Source: a virus (taxonomy: Duplodnaviria > Caudoviricetes). Taken from it: a stretch of 61,339 bases of DNA. Where the stretch lies: positions 1-61,339 of IMG/VR virus record IMGVR_UViG_3300021959_000036; one strand, written 5' to 3'. The notes under the pieces are model-generated. The model saw only the letters and a program-made list of their open reading frames with translations, had not been told where the DNA came from and searched no databases. Of this stretch, positions 19,657 to 29,700 are shown piece by piece (the stretch's first letter is position 1; each line of letters starts with the position of its first letter). A program made the position numbers and the translations under genes.

Positions 19657-19878
19657 TTATTGTATTTCCAGTTGAACTATCTTATCTCTTTTTTCTTCAA
19701 CCGATAAGACTCGTTCGTTTTCTATCATATCAATAATAATATTAGTAACATTAATTTCTTTTTGTAAGCCAGAAACTTTTAACTGAAGTCTTTGTAAAAC
19801 CTCTATATAATAATCTAACTCTTGTTGTTTTTTAAGTCTTGACTCTACTAACTCTACTAAAGAAATTACTTCTGTCAT
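19657..19878 (-). CDS. small coiled-coil hypothetical protein
   Basis: MTEVISL... start follows upstream stop by 1 nt; heptad pattern. Confidence 0.6.
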   Translation of the reverse strand: MTEVISLVELVESRLKKQQELDYYIEVLQRLQLKVSGLQKEINVTNIIIDMIENERVLSVEEKRDKIVQLEIQ

Positions 19879-19879
19879 A

Positions 19880-20047
19880 TTACTCTGATTTCCAAACAGT
19901 CCATACTCCATATGCTATAGCTAACCAACAAATAAGATTCATTGGAATAATTGCTGAAAAGAATAGTCCAATAACCCCTACAGCTATAAGAGCGCCGCCA
20001 TCCCAAGATGTCCGTTCTTTAATTCTATTTTTAATCCATTCAATCAT
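19880..20047 (-). CDS. 55-aa membrane protein, holin-like (not in ORF track)
   Basis: MIEWIKNRIKERTSWDGGALIAVGVIGLFFSAIIPMNLICWLAIAYGVWTVWKSE; two hydrophobic segments; GGAGG SD and ATGA coupling. Confidence 0.55.
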   Translation of the reverse strand: MIEWIKNRIKERTSWDGGALIAVGVIGLFFSAIIPMNLICWLAIAYGVWTVWKSE

Positions 20048-20184
20048 TTCTTTTTACCTCCTTTTGGTTTTTTGTACCCAGAAGCATAAGCAGCCGCAGC
20101 TTGTTTAGATGCTTGCTTTTTTGTTGGGTAAGTTTTACCAGAACTTCCCCAACGATAGCCACCTTTTACTTTTCTAATAGGCAT
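20044..20184 (-). CDS. 46-aa basic protein (not in ORF track)
   Basis: MPIRKVKGGYRWGSSGKTYPTKKQASKQAAAAYASGYKKPKGGKKK; SD AAGGAG. Confidence 0.65.
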   Translation of the reverse strand: MPIRKVKGGYRWGSSGKTYPTKKQASKQAAAAYASGYKKPKGGKKK

Positions 20185-20194
20185 TTTAGTCTCC

Positions 20195-21064
20195 TTACAT
20201 ATGTGTATGTGATTTAGATTCTATGATTTTTAAATCCTTTGCGGGTACTCCTTTAGCAATACCGTTAGAAAATACTACATCATAAAATTCAACAGTTCCG
20301 TCTTTTTCTAATGAATGAGTTGTTGGAATGCACATTCCAAAGCCCATTTTTTCATGTTGCACAGATAACGCACATACATGATCAATACCTTGTGCAGTTG
20401 GGGGTAGAGGCATTTGCTCATCTGCATGAACTGCTTGAGGCTTTGGCTCATAACGCTCTCCAAATTTATAGTATGTATAAACAGCCTCAATCATGTGATC
20501 CATTTCTGCCATCTTAGCTTGCACCCAAGATTCCATTTCATCTTCAGGCTCAATCATACTAAGCATTTCACCAGCATACATAATTAATTTTCTAAGAGAA
20601 GCACGGGCCATACGTCCTTCACCATATTCTTTTTCTTTGTCCATTGTTGTAATTTCTCCGTACATTTTCTTTTCCTCTTCTACAGCTTTATCAGGTAAAG
20701 CAGGATTAATTTTTTTATAAGGATGCCTAATCTGTTCAATGTGCATTGGAAGATAATCAAACATATCAACAATTTCCATATCAAGTTCTGCGGAAACCAT
20801 ACCGATAGCATAAGTTGTCATATGAGATAGCATTACAGCTTCTTCAACTTGATCCATATCTACTTCAGTACTACCAATTTCATAAAGAGCTTTTTCAATA
20901 CCGAACATAGCATCTTGATATTTCATCGCTGAAAGCACATCTTCTCTAGACTGCTTACTCATATCGGGAATCATTGCTTTTAGTTTTGTAAAGGCTTGAA
21001 CAGCTCCCATACAAATATCAAAGTTTTTAGTGGTGTATCCCATAAGTTCTACTTGATTTTCCAT
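20195..21064 (-). CDS. Met/His-rich multi-module hypothetical protein
   Basis: 289 aa; SD AGGAG; many Met; C-terminal HVC...H...C...H...HTH. Confidence 0.6.
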   Translation of the reverse strand: MENQVELMGYTTKNFDICMGAVQAFTKLKAMIPDMSKQSREDVLSAMKYQDAMFGIEKALYEIGSTEVDMDQVEEAVMLSHMTTYAIGMVSAELDMEIVDMFDYLPMHIEQIRHPYKKINPALPDKAVEEEKKMYGEITTMDKEKEYGEGRMARASLRKLIMYAGEMLSMIEPEDEMESWVQAKMAEMDHMIEAVYTYYKFGERYEPKPQAVHADEQMPLPPTAQGIDHVCALSVQHEKMGFGMCIPTTHSLEKDGTVEFYDVVFSNGIAKGVPAKDLKIIESKSHTHM

Positions 21065-21134
21065 TAGACATCTCCTAAAATTTTCTTTTATTATAGCTTT
21101 TATATTATTTTACTTCCAGTTAAAAATTATTAAA

Positions 21135-22115
21135 TTAAGTCCCAAGCCCTGCTTCAAATACAGTCTTTTCTCCAGTAGTTAAATTCTCCTCAATCTTTTC
21201 TCTACTACTTAATAATTTTCCACACTGAGACTTACAAAGTTTAAAACTTCTGTCATATCCTTGTAAATATGCTTTTAACTTATTCCAGTATTCATAGGAT
21301 ATAATAGTTTCTAGAGGAACTTTTGTAGCATTAAACTTTTCTTCTATGTCGTCTACATAATAAAATCTATCATTACTTTTATCAAAGTAGTGTGCTCCTG
21401 TCCAACAACATCTAAATACTAGACCATTTGGAGCAACATACCACTTTCCCCATTCTTCCCACGAACATATAATTTGTTTTGGGATAGAAGATAAGTCTGT
21501 TTTCTTTTTAGCATGAACATAATCTCCAGATTTTGGTGCTGCAAAATCACGACCAGTTTTAACAGTAGAAAAAGAATGAAAACCTTCTGAGATAGCTAGT
21601 TCTTTAGCTTTTTCTACTTGGTGCTTATTATGTTCAAAAACTATATACTTCCAATGTACTTGTGGACGTTTAGTCGCTATAACAGAACGAGCATTATTAA
21701 ATACATTTTCAAACCTAGTATTAATTCTGTAGATAGAGTGTGTATCTTCTAAACCATCTAAATCAAAATTAATAATATCATCTGACGTTAAAATATTTCC
21801 TACATCGGTCCAGTAGCTAGAATCATGTATGCCACCATTAGTATGAATATTTAAACGAGTTCCATATGTTTTAACATATGTAATAATTTCACGAAACTCT
21901 TTATTCATAATAGAGTCTCCAAAATTACCATTTAAAACAATCCAGTCAAGTTGTTCTAAAAATTCTGGATAAAATACTTTTTTAAATCTATCTAGTGTAT
22001 ATGTATATTGTTCATCATTTAAATTTATTCTTAGAGGTTTTAAACGATGACACGCAGGACACTTTGCATTACATCTAAAAGTTAATTCAGTAGTTATTTG
22101 TCTATATTTTCGCAT
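21135..22115 (-). CDS. radical SAM protein with C-terminal SPASM/twitch-like Cys cluster
   Basis: CNAKCPAC, GNFGD, HTNGG, DGL; C...GLVFRCC...CKSQC. Confidence 0.85.
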   Translation of the reverse strand: MRKYRQITTELTFRCNAKCPACHRLKPLRINLNDEQYTYTLDRFKKVFYPEFLEQLDWIVLNGNFGDSIMNKEFREIITYVKTYGTRLNIHTNGGIHDSSYWTDVGNILTSDDIINFDLDGLEDTHSIYRINTRFENVFNNARSVIATKRPQVHWKYIVFEHNKHQVEKAKELAISEGFHSFSTVKTGRDFAAPKSGDYVHAKKKTDLSSIPKQIICSWEEWGKWYVAPNGLVFRCCWTGAHYFDKSNDRFYYVDDIEEKFNATKVPLETIISYEYWNKLKAYLQGYDRSFKLCKSQCGKLLSSREKIEENLTTGEKTVFEAGLGT

Positions 22116-22125
22116 CTATCCCTCA

Positions 22126-25005
22126 TTATGGTGTATCCCATGAGGAGATAACAGAAACTAAGCCAGAGGGAAGGCTTGCTACAGTATATTGAATTGAGTT
22201 ATTTCCTCCATTAAATATCCAATCAGCGGTTGGTGCTTGTACGACACCATTCAAAGCAACACTAATTCTATCAATACTAGCAGGAGAGTTGGTTAAAGCA
22301 ATCACGTTTGAAGTTCCTAGAGAGGTATTAGTTACATAAGTAGGAACAATTGAAGCACCAAGAAGACCATCTACATATGCTTTAGTTGCGGCATCTTGTA
22401 GGGCAGTAGGATCACCTAGACCAGTAATTTTATTGGTTCCCATAGCAAGAGCGCCTGTCATAGAGTCTCCTGCTTTCTCTACTTTAGCATCCGCATTAGA
22501 AGATACTGCATTAAGGTTTGCATTTAATTGAGTATAAGTAATATAGTCATTTGCACGAAGTTCTACTCCATCAGATGTTACAGATGCAGCAGTAACTGCT
22601 CCAGCAAAGGTAGCCCCTGTTGTTCCAGTTGGGACTGAAAGAACACTTGCACCGGTGTCATTAACAATTAAAATATCGTTGGTTGATCCTTGACCGCTAA
22701 GAACTAAACCATGTGTAGCATTTTTATATATTTGCGTTTCGGCAGTAGTTCCTGTTCCTGCATTTGTAAATGTAAGCTCGCCTGTTGTGATAATAACATC
22801 GCCAGTAGAGGTAACAGAACCTGCGGTGAGAGTTCCAGATACATCGCCATCACCGTCTACATCAAGAGAATCAGATTGTAATTCACCTGTAATGTCTACA
22901 CCGTCTGTTTTAGTTGTAAGTTTAGCACTTCCACCAAAATATAGTAAAGCCGCAGTTGTAGAACCATCTGCTAAGAAGTAGTTTGCTAACCCTCCAGAAC
23001 CGTCATCAGATGCTATAGCAACATCTTTATCGGTAGCAGTGTTTCTAATATGTAAATCTCCAGTAAAGTTATAAACTGTAGAGTCTGTTCCGTCGTGATA
23101 TATTTTAAAGTCAGTATCAGTACCTAATTGAATCTCATCACTATCTCCCATGATAAGATGAGAACCAAGAGTTAAAGTTCCAGAAATATCACCATTACCA
23201 TCTACATCAAGGGAATCTGACTGAAGTTCCCCAGTAATGTCTACACCATCTGTTTTAGTGTCAAGTTTTTTCGCATTATCAAAGTAAAGTTCTACTGCAC
23301 CATCTGCACGAGCAATAAAACTGTTTTCTCCAGATTTTGCTTGTAATACCAAAGTACCATCATCATCTTGAATAGTTAAATTGCCTGTAGTGTTTTTAAT
23401 ATAGGAAGACGAACCATCATGGTAAATCTGTAGGTCTTGATCATTACCAACTCCAATATATTGACCATCAGCAATCTCAACATTACTCGCAAAAGAAGCA
23501 TCTTGATCGTCTGCAATAGTTAAAGCAGCAGTTCCCCCTGTTGAGAAACCAAGTCCGTCAGTTCCTGTTCGATACATACCAGTATCTGTATCACCACTAA
23601 AGTTAAATGCAGGAGCAGCCTCAGTACCGTTTGCAGATAATAATCTAATACCGCCTGTAGTAGGACTTCCCATAGAAGTAGTAGTTATTGAAAATCTATC
23701 AGTACCAGATGTAGTAAAAGTAATAGTTTCAGCAGCTGATCTATAAATACCTGTATTAGGATCAGAGTCAAAAGTAATAGAGGGAGCGCCGGCAGACCCT
23801 GCATCAAAATAGCCAGTATTTAATCTAAGGTTAGCAGCATCAGAAGCAGAAATAGCTGTATTAGTAGCAGGGTCAAAGTTGTGTAGTAGAGCAACCTCCC
23901 CTTGAGATTCATCGTACCCAATAAATACATTACCATCATTTCCACGATTTAGTAGAAGACCAACATCAAGAGAAGGCGAGCCTGTAAAGTTATTAGCTAA
24001 ATATAAAAGTCTATCATCAGTGTAAGAGTCTTGAACTGCAAGATTTGCAAAAGAACCTGCTACAGTTAGGTTACCTTGAACTGTTAAATCGTCATTCATA
24101 GTAACGGCACCAGTAAAGGCTGTTGACCCGTCTACTATAGCATCAATAGCTGTGTTAGCACCTTCAAGACCAGTTACAAGATTAGTGATGTCTGTATCAT
24201 TACCAGAGATATTAGTGTTTGCACCTCCAAGACCAGTTACAAGGTTTGTAATATCTGTGTTGGTAGCTGCAATTTCATTAGATAGAGCAGTATTAGCACC
24301 TTCAAGACCAGTTACAAGATTTGTGATGTCAGTATTAGTAGCTGCGATCTCATTAGAGATCGCAGTATTAGCCCCGTCGATACCGCCTTTAGCTGTAAGA
24401 TAAGTAGCATAATCATTTGCTCTAAGTTCAACTCCGGCAGAGGATACAGAAGTAGCAGTTATAGCCCCTGTATTAGCAGTGCCTCGTAAGTCAAAAGTAA
24501 ATCCCGTAGTAGCTATAGTAGTACCAATTAAAACATTAGCTCCTACTGCTCCATAGTTAAAGATAATATTTGCGGGAGAGCCTATAGTAATACTAGACGC
24601 AATAGGGCCAGTATTACTAATACCAATACCATCTGTTGACTTATCGATAAAGAAAGTACCATTATCAATATTTAAATCAGTACTATCATTAGTAATATTT
24701 GTAACATTTTGGGAAACGATATCTATGTTGGCATTTGCTCTAGCAGCATAGGCTATAACATTAGCATTAATAGATCCTGCATTAGCACTAACAGTGTTTA
24801 CATTTGTTTGGGTAGCAACAACATTAGATTGAACTACGTTAATATTAGCAGCAATAGGCCCTTCGGAAACAACATTAGCAGCAAAGTGTTCTGCTGTAAT
24901 GATTCCGTGCTCTAAATGTCTTCCGACAATAGCATTTGAAGCTACTAAGTCTGCTGTAATAACATTTGATGAAATTACTTGTGATGTAATTTGTGTCAGT
25001 GCCAT
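22126..25005 (-). CDS. long tail fibre / virion structural protein
   Basis: G/T/D/N-rich, internal repeats, DTDTGMYR and IYHDG fibre motifs, DAATKAYVD. Confidence 0.75.
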   Translation of the reverse strand: MALTQITSQVISSNVITADLVASNAIVGRHLEHGIITAEHFAANVVSEGPIAANINVVQSNVVATQTNVNTVSANAGSINANVIAYAARANANIDIVSQNVTNITNDSTDLNIDNGTFFIDKSTDGIGISNTGPIASSITIGSPANIIFNYGAVGANVLIGTTIATTGFTFDLRGTANTGAITATSVSSAGVELRANDYATYLTAKGGIDGANTAISNEIAATNTDITNLVTGLEGANTALSNEIAATNTDITNLVTGLGGANTNISGNDTDITNLVTGLEGANTAIDAIVDGSTAFTGAVTMNDDLTVQGNLTVAGSFANLAVQDSYTDDRLLYLANNFTGSPSLDVGLLLNRGNDGNVFIGYDESQGEVALLHNFDPATNTAISASDAANLRLNTGYFDAGSAGAPSITFDSDPNTGIYRSAAETITFTTSGTDRFSITTTSMGSPTTGGIRLLSANGTEAAPAFNFSGDTDTGMYRTGTDGLGFSTGGTAALTIADDQDASFASNVEIADGQYIGVGNDQDLQIYHDGSSSYIKNTTGNLTIQDDDGTLVLQAKSGENSFIARADGAVELYFDNAKKLDTKTDGVDITGELQSDSLDVDGNGDISGTLTLGSHLIMGDSDEIQLGTDTDFKIYHDGTDSTVYNFTGDLHIRNTATDKDVAIASDDGSGGLANYFLADGSTTAALLYFGGSAKLTTKTDGVDITGELQSDSLDVDGDGDVSGTLTAGSVTSTGDVIITTGELTFTNAGTGTTAETQIYKNATHGLVLSGQGSTNDILIVNDTGASVLSVPTGTTGATFAGAVTAASVTSDGVELRANDYITYTQLNANLNAVSSNADAKVEKAGDSMTGALAMGTNKITGLGDPTALQDAATKAYVDGLLGASIVPTYVTNTSLGTSNVIALTNSPASIDRISVALNGVVQAPTADWIFNGGNNSIQYTVASLPSGLVSVISSWDTP
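24150..24375 (-). repeat. three tandem coding repeats (25, 25 and 21 aa) in the fibre
   Basis: GANTA[I/L]SNEIAATNTDITNLVTGL[E/G]; nucleotide core CAAGACCAGTTACAAG occurs three times. Confidence 0.85.
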
Positions 25006-25024
25006 TTAAATAAACGCTTCCTAA

Positions 25025-25462
25025 TTATTTATCTTCTTCTAATTCCTTAAAAAAGTCTGCTAAAAAGTCTTTTTGCTCTGCTGGATTATCATCTTCATCA
25101 AAAAATTCTTTAATGAAAGAATCAATTTGATCATCTACAGAAGGAGGAGCTAGTAAGTCTTCGTATTCTAAATCTCTACAAGCCTTGTAAACTATGTTTT
25201 TGCAGTATTCTATTTCTTCTTCATCCATAGGTCCAAAAGTTCCATCTAAAACTTTTTTCTCAGTATAACCGTCCTCAATGTATAAAGAATATACATCTCC
25301 TTCTAAAAGTGCTAGAAGGTGAGGCTCTCTTTCCATAAAAGCATCAAAAGGAAAAGACCTTTCTACAGGGGTTGCTCTAGGTCCCTCAATTTCGACATTT
25401 CTAAAGTAACAATACACTGTTTTTGCTTCAATGTCAATAGCATTAAATTTAATTGTATTCAT
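25025..25462 (-). CDS. acidic hypothetical protein (possible fibre chaperone)
   Basis: 145 aa between two fibre genes. Confidence 0.5.
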   Translation of the reverse strand: MNTIKFNAIDIEAKTVYCYFRNVEIEGPRATPVERSFPFDAFMEREPHLLALLEGDVYSLYIEDGYTEKKVLDGTFGPMDEEEIEYCKNIVYKACRDLEYEDLLAPPSVDDQIDSFIKEFFDEDDNPAEQKDFLADFFKELEEDK

Positions 25463-25472
25463 TTGGTATCTC

Positions 25473-26774
25473 CTAAGTTTTTATAATATAATTCATTGAA
25501 ATTCCGGGGAAAGTAACTGTATGAGTGTGCGCCCCACCAGAGTTTGTTGGTGAAGTAGCAACAGCAACGGCGACAGCTGCGTCTTTGTCTGTAGTACTAG
25601 TAACATTTGTAGTTGTAGATGTATGTACGTGTCCTGAATGAGAATCAGTAGTATTAGTAAAACTAGACGAAATTCCTGTAGTTTTAGTCCCTAAGTTAAT
25701 GGTTCCAGTACTTGTTCCGTAAATAGCTCTACCTCTAAGATCAGGAACATTAAAAGTAGTAGATCCATCTCCTGGTCCAAAAGTAGTACCACAAGCTCCA
25801 TATAGAGAAGCATAGGTAGTTCGACTAAGGGCTTGCCCGGTACATAGTACCCAACCTTCTGGAGCTGTAGAGGCTGGCCAAGCTACAGTCACCCCTGCGG
25901 GCAATAAAGGAGCCGCTGTTGATTCTGTAGTAGTACCTGTAATAGCAGATTGCATTACTAAGTTAGCTCTGATAGGAGCAAGCTCGTCTGCAGTAGTATA
26001 TACCCCTACACCTCTATCTGTATTTCCAGTGTTACCTGGAATCATTTTTATAGAGGCATTTTTTGATCCGTTATTGAATCCCAAAGCTACATCGTTAGTT
26101 ACAGTAGCAGTTTTTAATTCAATAGCAGCACTAGTAGCTATAGTTTGGTTATTCGCAAAACTAGAAACTACTATTCTTGGAGTAATTGTAACTGCAGAAG
26201 TATGTTCCATTACAGTTGTAGGAATTGCTGTCATAGAAGCGTTTAATTTAGGGCCTGTAATAGCTTGATCTTGAATTAAACCAGTAGCTACTGTATCTGA
26301 TTGAGGAGTTCTTAGATTAATCCAATCAGAGGCAAAAGTACCCGTTGTAGCAACTCTTAACCATACAGAGTTATTTGAGGACCCTTCAGTATCTTTAACT
26401 ATCGCAAAAGCTTCTCCTACGTCGAAGTCTGATATGTTAGCCGCCGCTGCTGCAAGACTTCCTTGTTGTCTCCAAGCTATACCGTATCTAGTAAAGTTGC
26501 CTCCTATGGGACGATTTGTTCTACCAGAGGCAACAGTGATAGCGCTATCAGAAATATAAACCACACCTGTATCAGACGACCTATAAAACATACCATCATA
26601 TTCAGTAGCGGATAGAGAACTACCACCCTCCACTAAATTCTCGCTATCTGGTGTTGCATCTGAATAAAAATTAGATAAAACAGCTTTTAAACTGTTATTA
26701 AATTGCGATCTTGAAACCGCAATAGAAGCTCCCTGAGAAGGGAGCACAAAAGTATTTGAATCTGATAGTGCCAT
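25473..26774 (-). CDS. tail fibre with tail-collar domain
   Basis: PAG...W...APEGWVLCTG...RTTYASLY...FNVPDLRGR; HxH motifs; ends YIIKT. Confidence 0.85.
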   Translation of the reverse strand: MALSDSNTFVLPSQGASIAVSRSQFNNSLKAVLSNFYSDATPDSENLVEGGSSLSATEYDGMFYRSSDTGVVYISDSAITVASGRTNRPIGGNFTRYGIAWRQQGSLAAAAANISDFDVGEAFAIVKDTEGSSNNSVWLRVATTGTFASDWINLRTPQSDTVATGLIQDQAITGPKLNASMTAIPTTVMEHTSAVTITPRIVVSSFANNQTIATSAAIELKTATVTNDVALGFNNGSKNASIKMIPGNTGNTDRGVGVYTTADELAPIRANLVMQSAITGTTTESTAAPLLPAGVTVAWPASTAPEGWVLCTGQALSRTTYASLYGACGTTFGPGDGSTTFNVPDLRGRAIYGTSTGTINLGTKTTGISSSFTNTTDSHSGHVHTSTTTNVTSTTDKDAAVAVAVATSPTNSGGAHTHTVTFPGISMNYIIKT

Positions 26775-26777
26775 TTT

Positions 26778-29700
26778 TTAAACTCCTGTCACGGCAAAGT
26801 CTATTTGTGGTGTTATAACGTCTGATGTTCCATCAGGAGTTAATATATCGTGTGCTGATGCGCCGTTCGCAAAATAAACTGATACATTTGCTCCTTGTAA
26901 CCCTCTATCCAGAATAACTGCTTGTGGTAAAGCTATTTGGTTAGAACTTGCAGATACAGACAATGAAGTAATTTTAGGAATTTGAGTGTACCCCATTTGG
27001 CTGTAATCTATATTAACTACTTGTGTATCTACAGTCACAATTTCTGTGAATGTTTTTTCATCTAATGCAACTTGATACCTAAACTGATCTAATAATAACT
27101 CGGCTTGTGTTGGGTCTGTGTTAGTTACTTCATACTTAAATTGTAAGTATCTAAAAGTTCTAGCACCTGTAACAAAGTTACTAAATCCATCAGAATTAGC
27201 TACAGTAGTGAAGGCGCTTACATTAACATTACCATTAGCATAGAATGGATTATCTGTTGAGTATCTAAATAATAGATTACTTGTAACAATTCCTACAGTC
27301 CCATAAAAAGTCGATGACTCAGATAAATCTAGCCACTGTTTTAAGTTTACCAGTTTATAGGAGGTTCCTGCAACTGTTAAATTTGAAAAACCGTTACTTC
27401 CTGTAGATCTTCCATTAGCATACCAAGAATCTCCTAAAACAATTTCATCATCACTAGAAACCCCAGCGATTAGAGAAAAGACATTTGCATTTGAGTCATC
27501 TCCGTCAAAATTACCTAGAGTAACAATTCCGAATACATTAGCAGGAAAAGACCCTGAAATACCACTTACCAAAGTCTTATTCTCTACTCCATATGTTACT
27601 GTTGCAGCTCCTGTGTTAGAACTACCAAGAATTTCTCCTATACCCAAAGTACCGGAAAAATCTATATCTTTCAATATACCCGCACCAGAAGAGGCTTCAG
27701 TTACTTGATCTCCACCTATTTGGTCTGTATAATCTAACCAAGTAGATTTAAGAGATTGATCGCCTACAACAGTAGCAGATATAGATCCTGTTATTGTATT
27801 ACCTAAATCTCTAATCTGAGTTTGATAAACTGCATCTGATAAAGCTCTTAAGTCTGTAGGAGAGCCGCTAATTACACTCCATCCAGAGGAAGTTCCGTTA
27901 GAGTTGTCAACTACACTAGAGTCAAAAGCACTATCTGCTTTGGCAAAAGCCAATCCTCCAGTATTTGAGTCGGCAAAACTTGGAAAGTTTGTTTCTCCGT
28001 CATTTGCATTTGTAATACCAGTAATAAATGAAGTACCTGGGGAGTCTTCATTATAAGCTCTGTAAATATTAGTAAAACCTTGCGCAATAGAAGTAAAGGT
28101 AGATGCTACAATTGTTTCACTAAATATACCTGATGTATCTTTTGTTCTAGCTAAATATGTGTATTGCCCAAACTGATCAATATCTACAACAATTCTGTTT
28201 GTTCTAGCATCAACGATAGCGACTTCATCAGATCGAGGCCATAAGTCTAATAAGGTTGCTTGATCTGTAGCTACTTGTCCTGCGACTCTTCTTATTTGAA
28301 CTTCCATTAGATCAAGGTCAATATTGTCGCCTGTTACAGGATCAATTTGATATTTCCAAACAAAGAGGAGAGTATCGCCTGCCTGTCCAGCAGCAAAGTT
28401 TAGTACGTTTCGAGGTGGAGCAAGTTTTCCTATAATTTCTTGTGTTTTAGCAACTGTAGAGCCTCTAATATTTTTATTTAAAGGAGTAACCCTAGCAGTA
28501 ACAGTATTAGGGTTAGTATTTAATCCTTTTTCTATATTATCTATTTTAAATCTAATTTTACCATCAGAATCTACACCAGCAGCAGAAACTTTTACAGTGT
28601 TAAAGGATGTTAAATCTCCTGTAGCAGTTCCAGTTATTTTGTATGAAATTTCATAATCAGTAACTTCTTGTCCTTCAATATGGTCAAATATAATAATAGC
28701 TCTAACAGCTACACCAATTGTAGAGTCTTTATAAATTTCTTCTATAATATTTAAGTTAGAAACAGCTTTGATAGGAATGTTTCTTACAACAACTTCTTTT
28801 TGTACAAAGTCACTACGTCTTCCAAACTTATTAACATTTCTAGCCCTTACTGCGTGAACACCTGCTTCTGCTCTGTGTATATATCTAGTATTAGTACCAC
28901 TATCAAAATCTAAAGGAGTGAAGTTATCTAAAGGAACGTTTAGTCTGTAAACTGCATTATTAGCTAAATTTAGTAGACCTGGAAATCTTGTATGATCGTA
29001 ATCAAAAGTAAAAGTTTTTGCTCCAACATTTAAATTTCCTACAAGTCCAATAGGATTTGGAGTAACATTAATTGCATAAGCTTGGGCTACGTTAGATTTA
29101 ATGTTATCATCTAAAGTAACTCTAAATATACCATTAGCAGTTAGATAAGCATTGTAAGAAGGTGCTCCGATATCAAAAGTAGTGTCTGAAATTCCATAAG
29201 TATTACCTACATTCCAAGTCACATTGTCTCCTCTTTCGATAATAGGAGGAGTATAAACATTTGCTGTGACTCTAATATCAATATTAGCTTCTGCTGTAGG
29301 TAAAGAGGATAAAGAAATACTAACCTGAGAATTGGCTAAATTGTCTAACCCTTTTTCTAGAGTAAAGTTTGATGTTGCTTCATTATTTAAAAATACATCT
29401 ACAAACCCTGAATGCCTAACTGAAATACCAAGAGGTTGTTTGAAGGTATGAGTTTCAAATAAGTTAGTAGTTGTAGCTACATTTGTTCTGACTACCTCTA
29501 AATAATTACCAGTTACATAAAGAGTATTATTAGCAAAAAATCTATGATCAACTACCTGGGGTACGTTTATGAAAAAAGGAGGATTAGGAAGTAAACTTAC
29601 TAATTGTGAAGCGCCTGAATGATCATTATCAATTTTTATCGTGTGAGCAGATTTATCAAATCCAACTACGTTAGCACTATATCTTGCTAATCTAGTATCT

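Noticed and set aside
19149-22115. RiPP cluster (radical SAM plus small Gly-rich precursor peptides)
   Set aside because: No RRE, leader peptidase, transporter or recognisable leader/core; the radical SAM is separated from the peptides and more closely linked to the fibre gene
24150-24375. Tandem repeats as a possible CRISPR array or DGR template
   Set aside because: In-frame coding repeats with synonymous variation and no unique spacers; no cas or reverse transcriptase in the window
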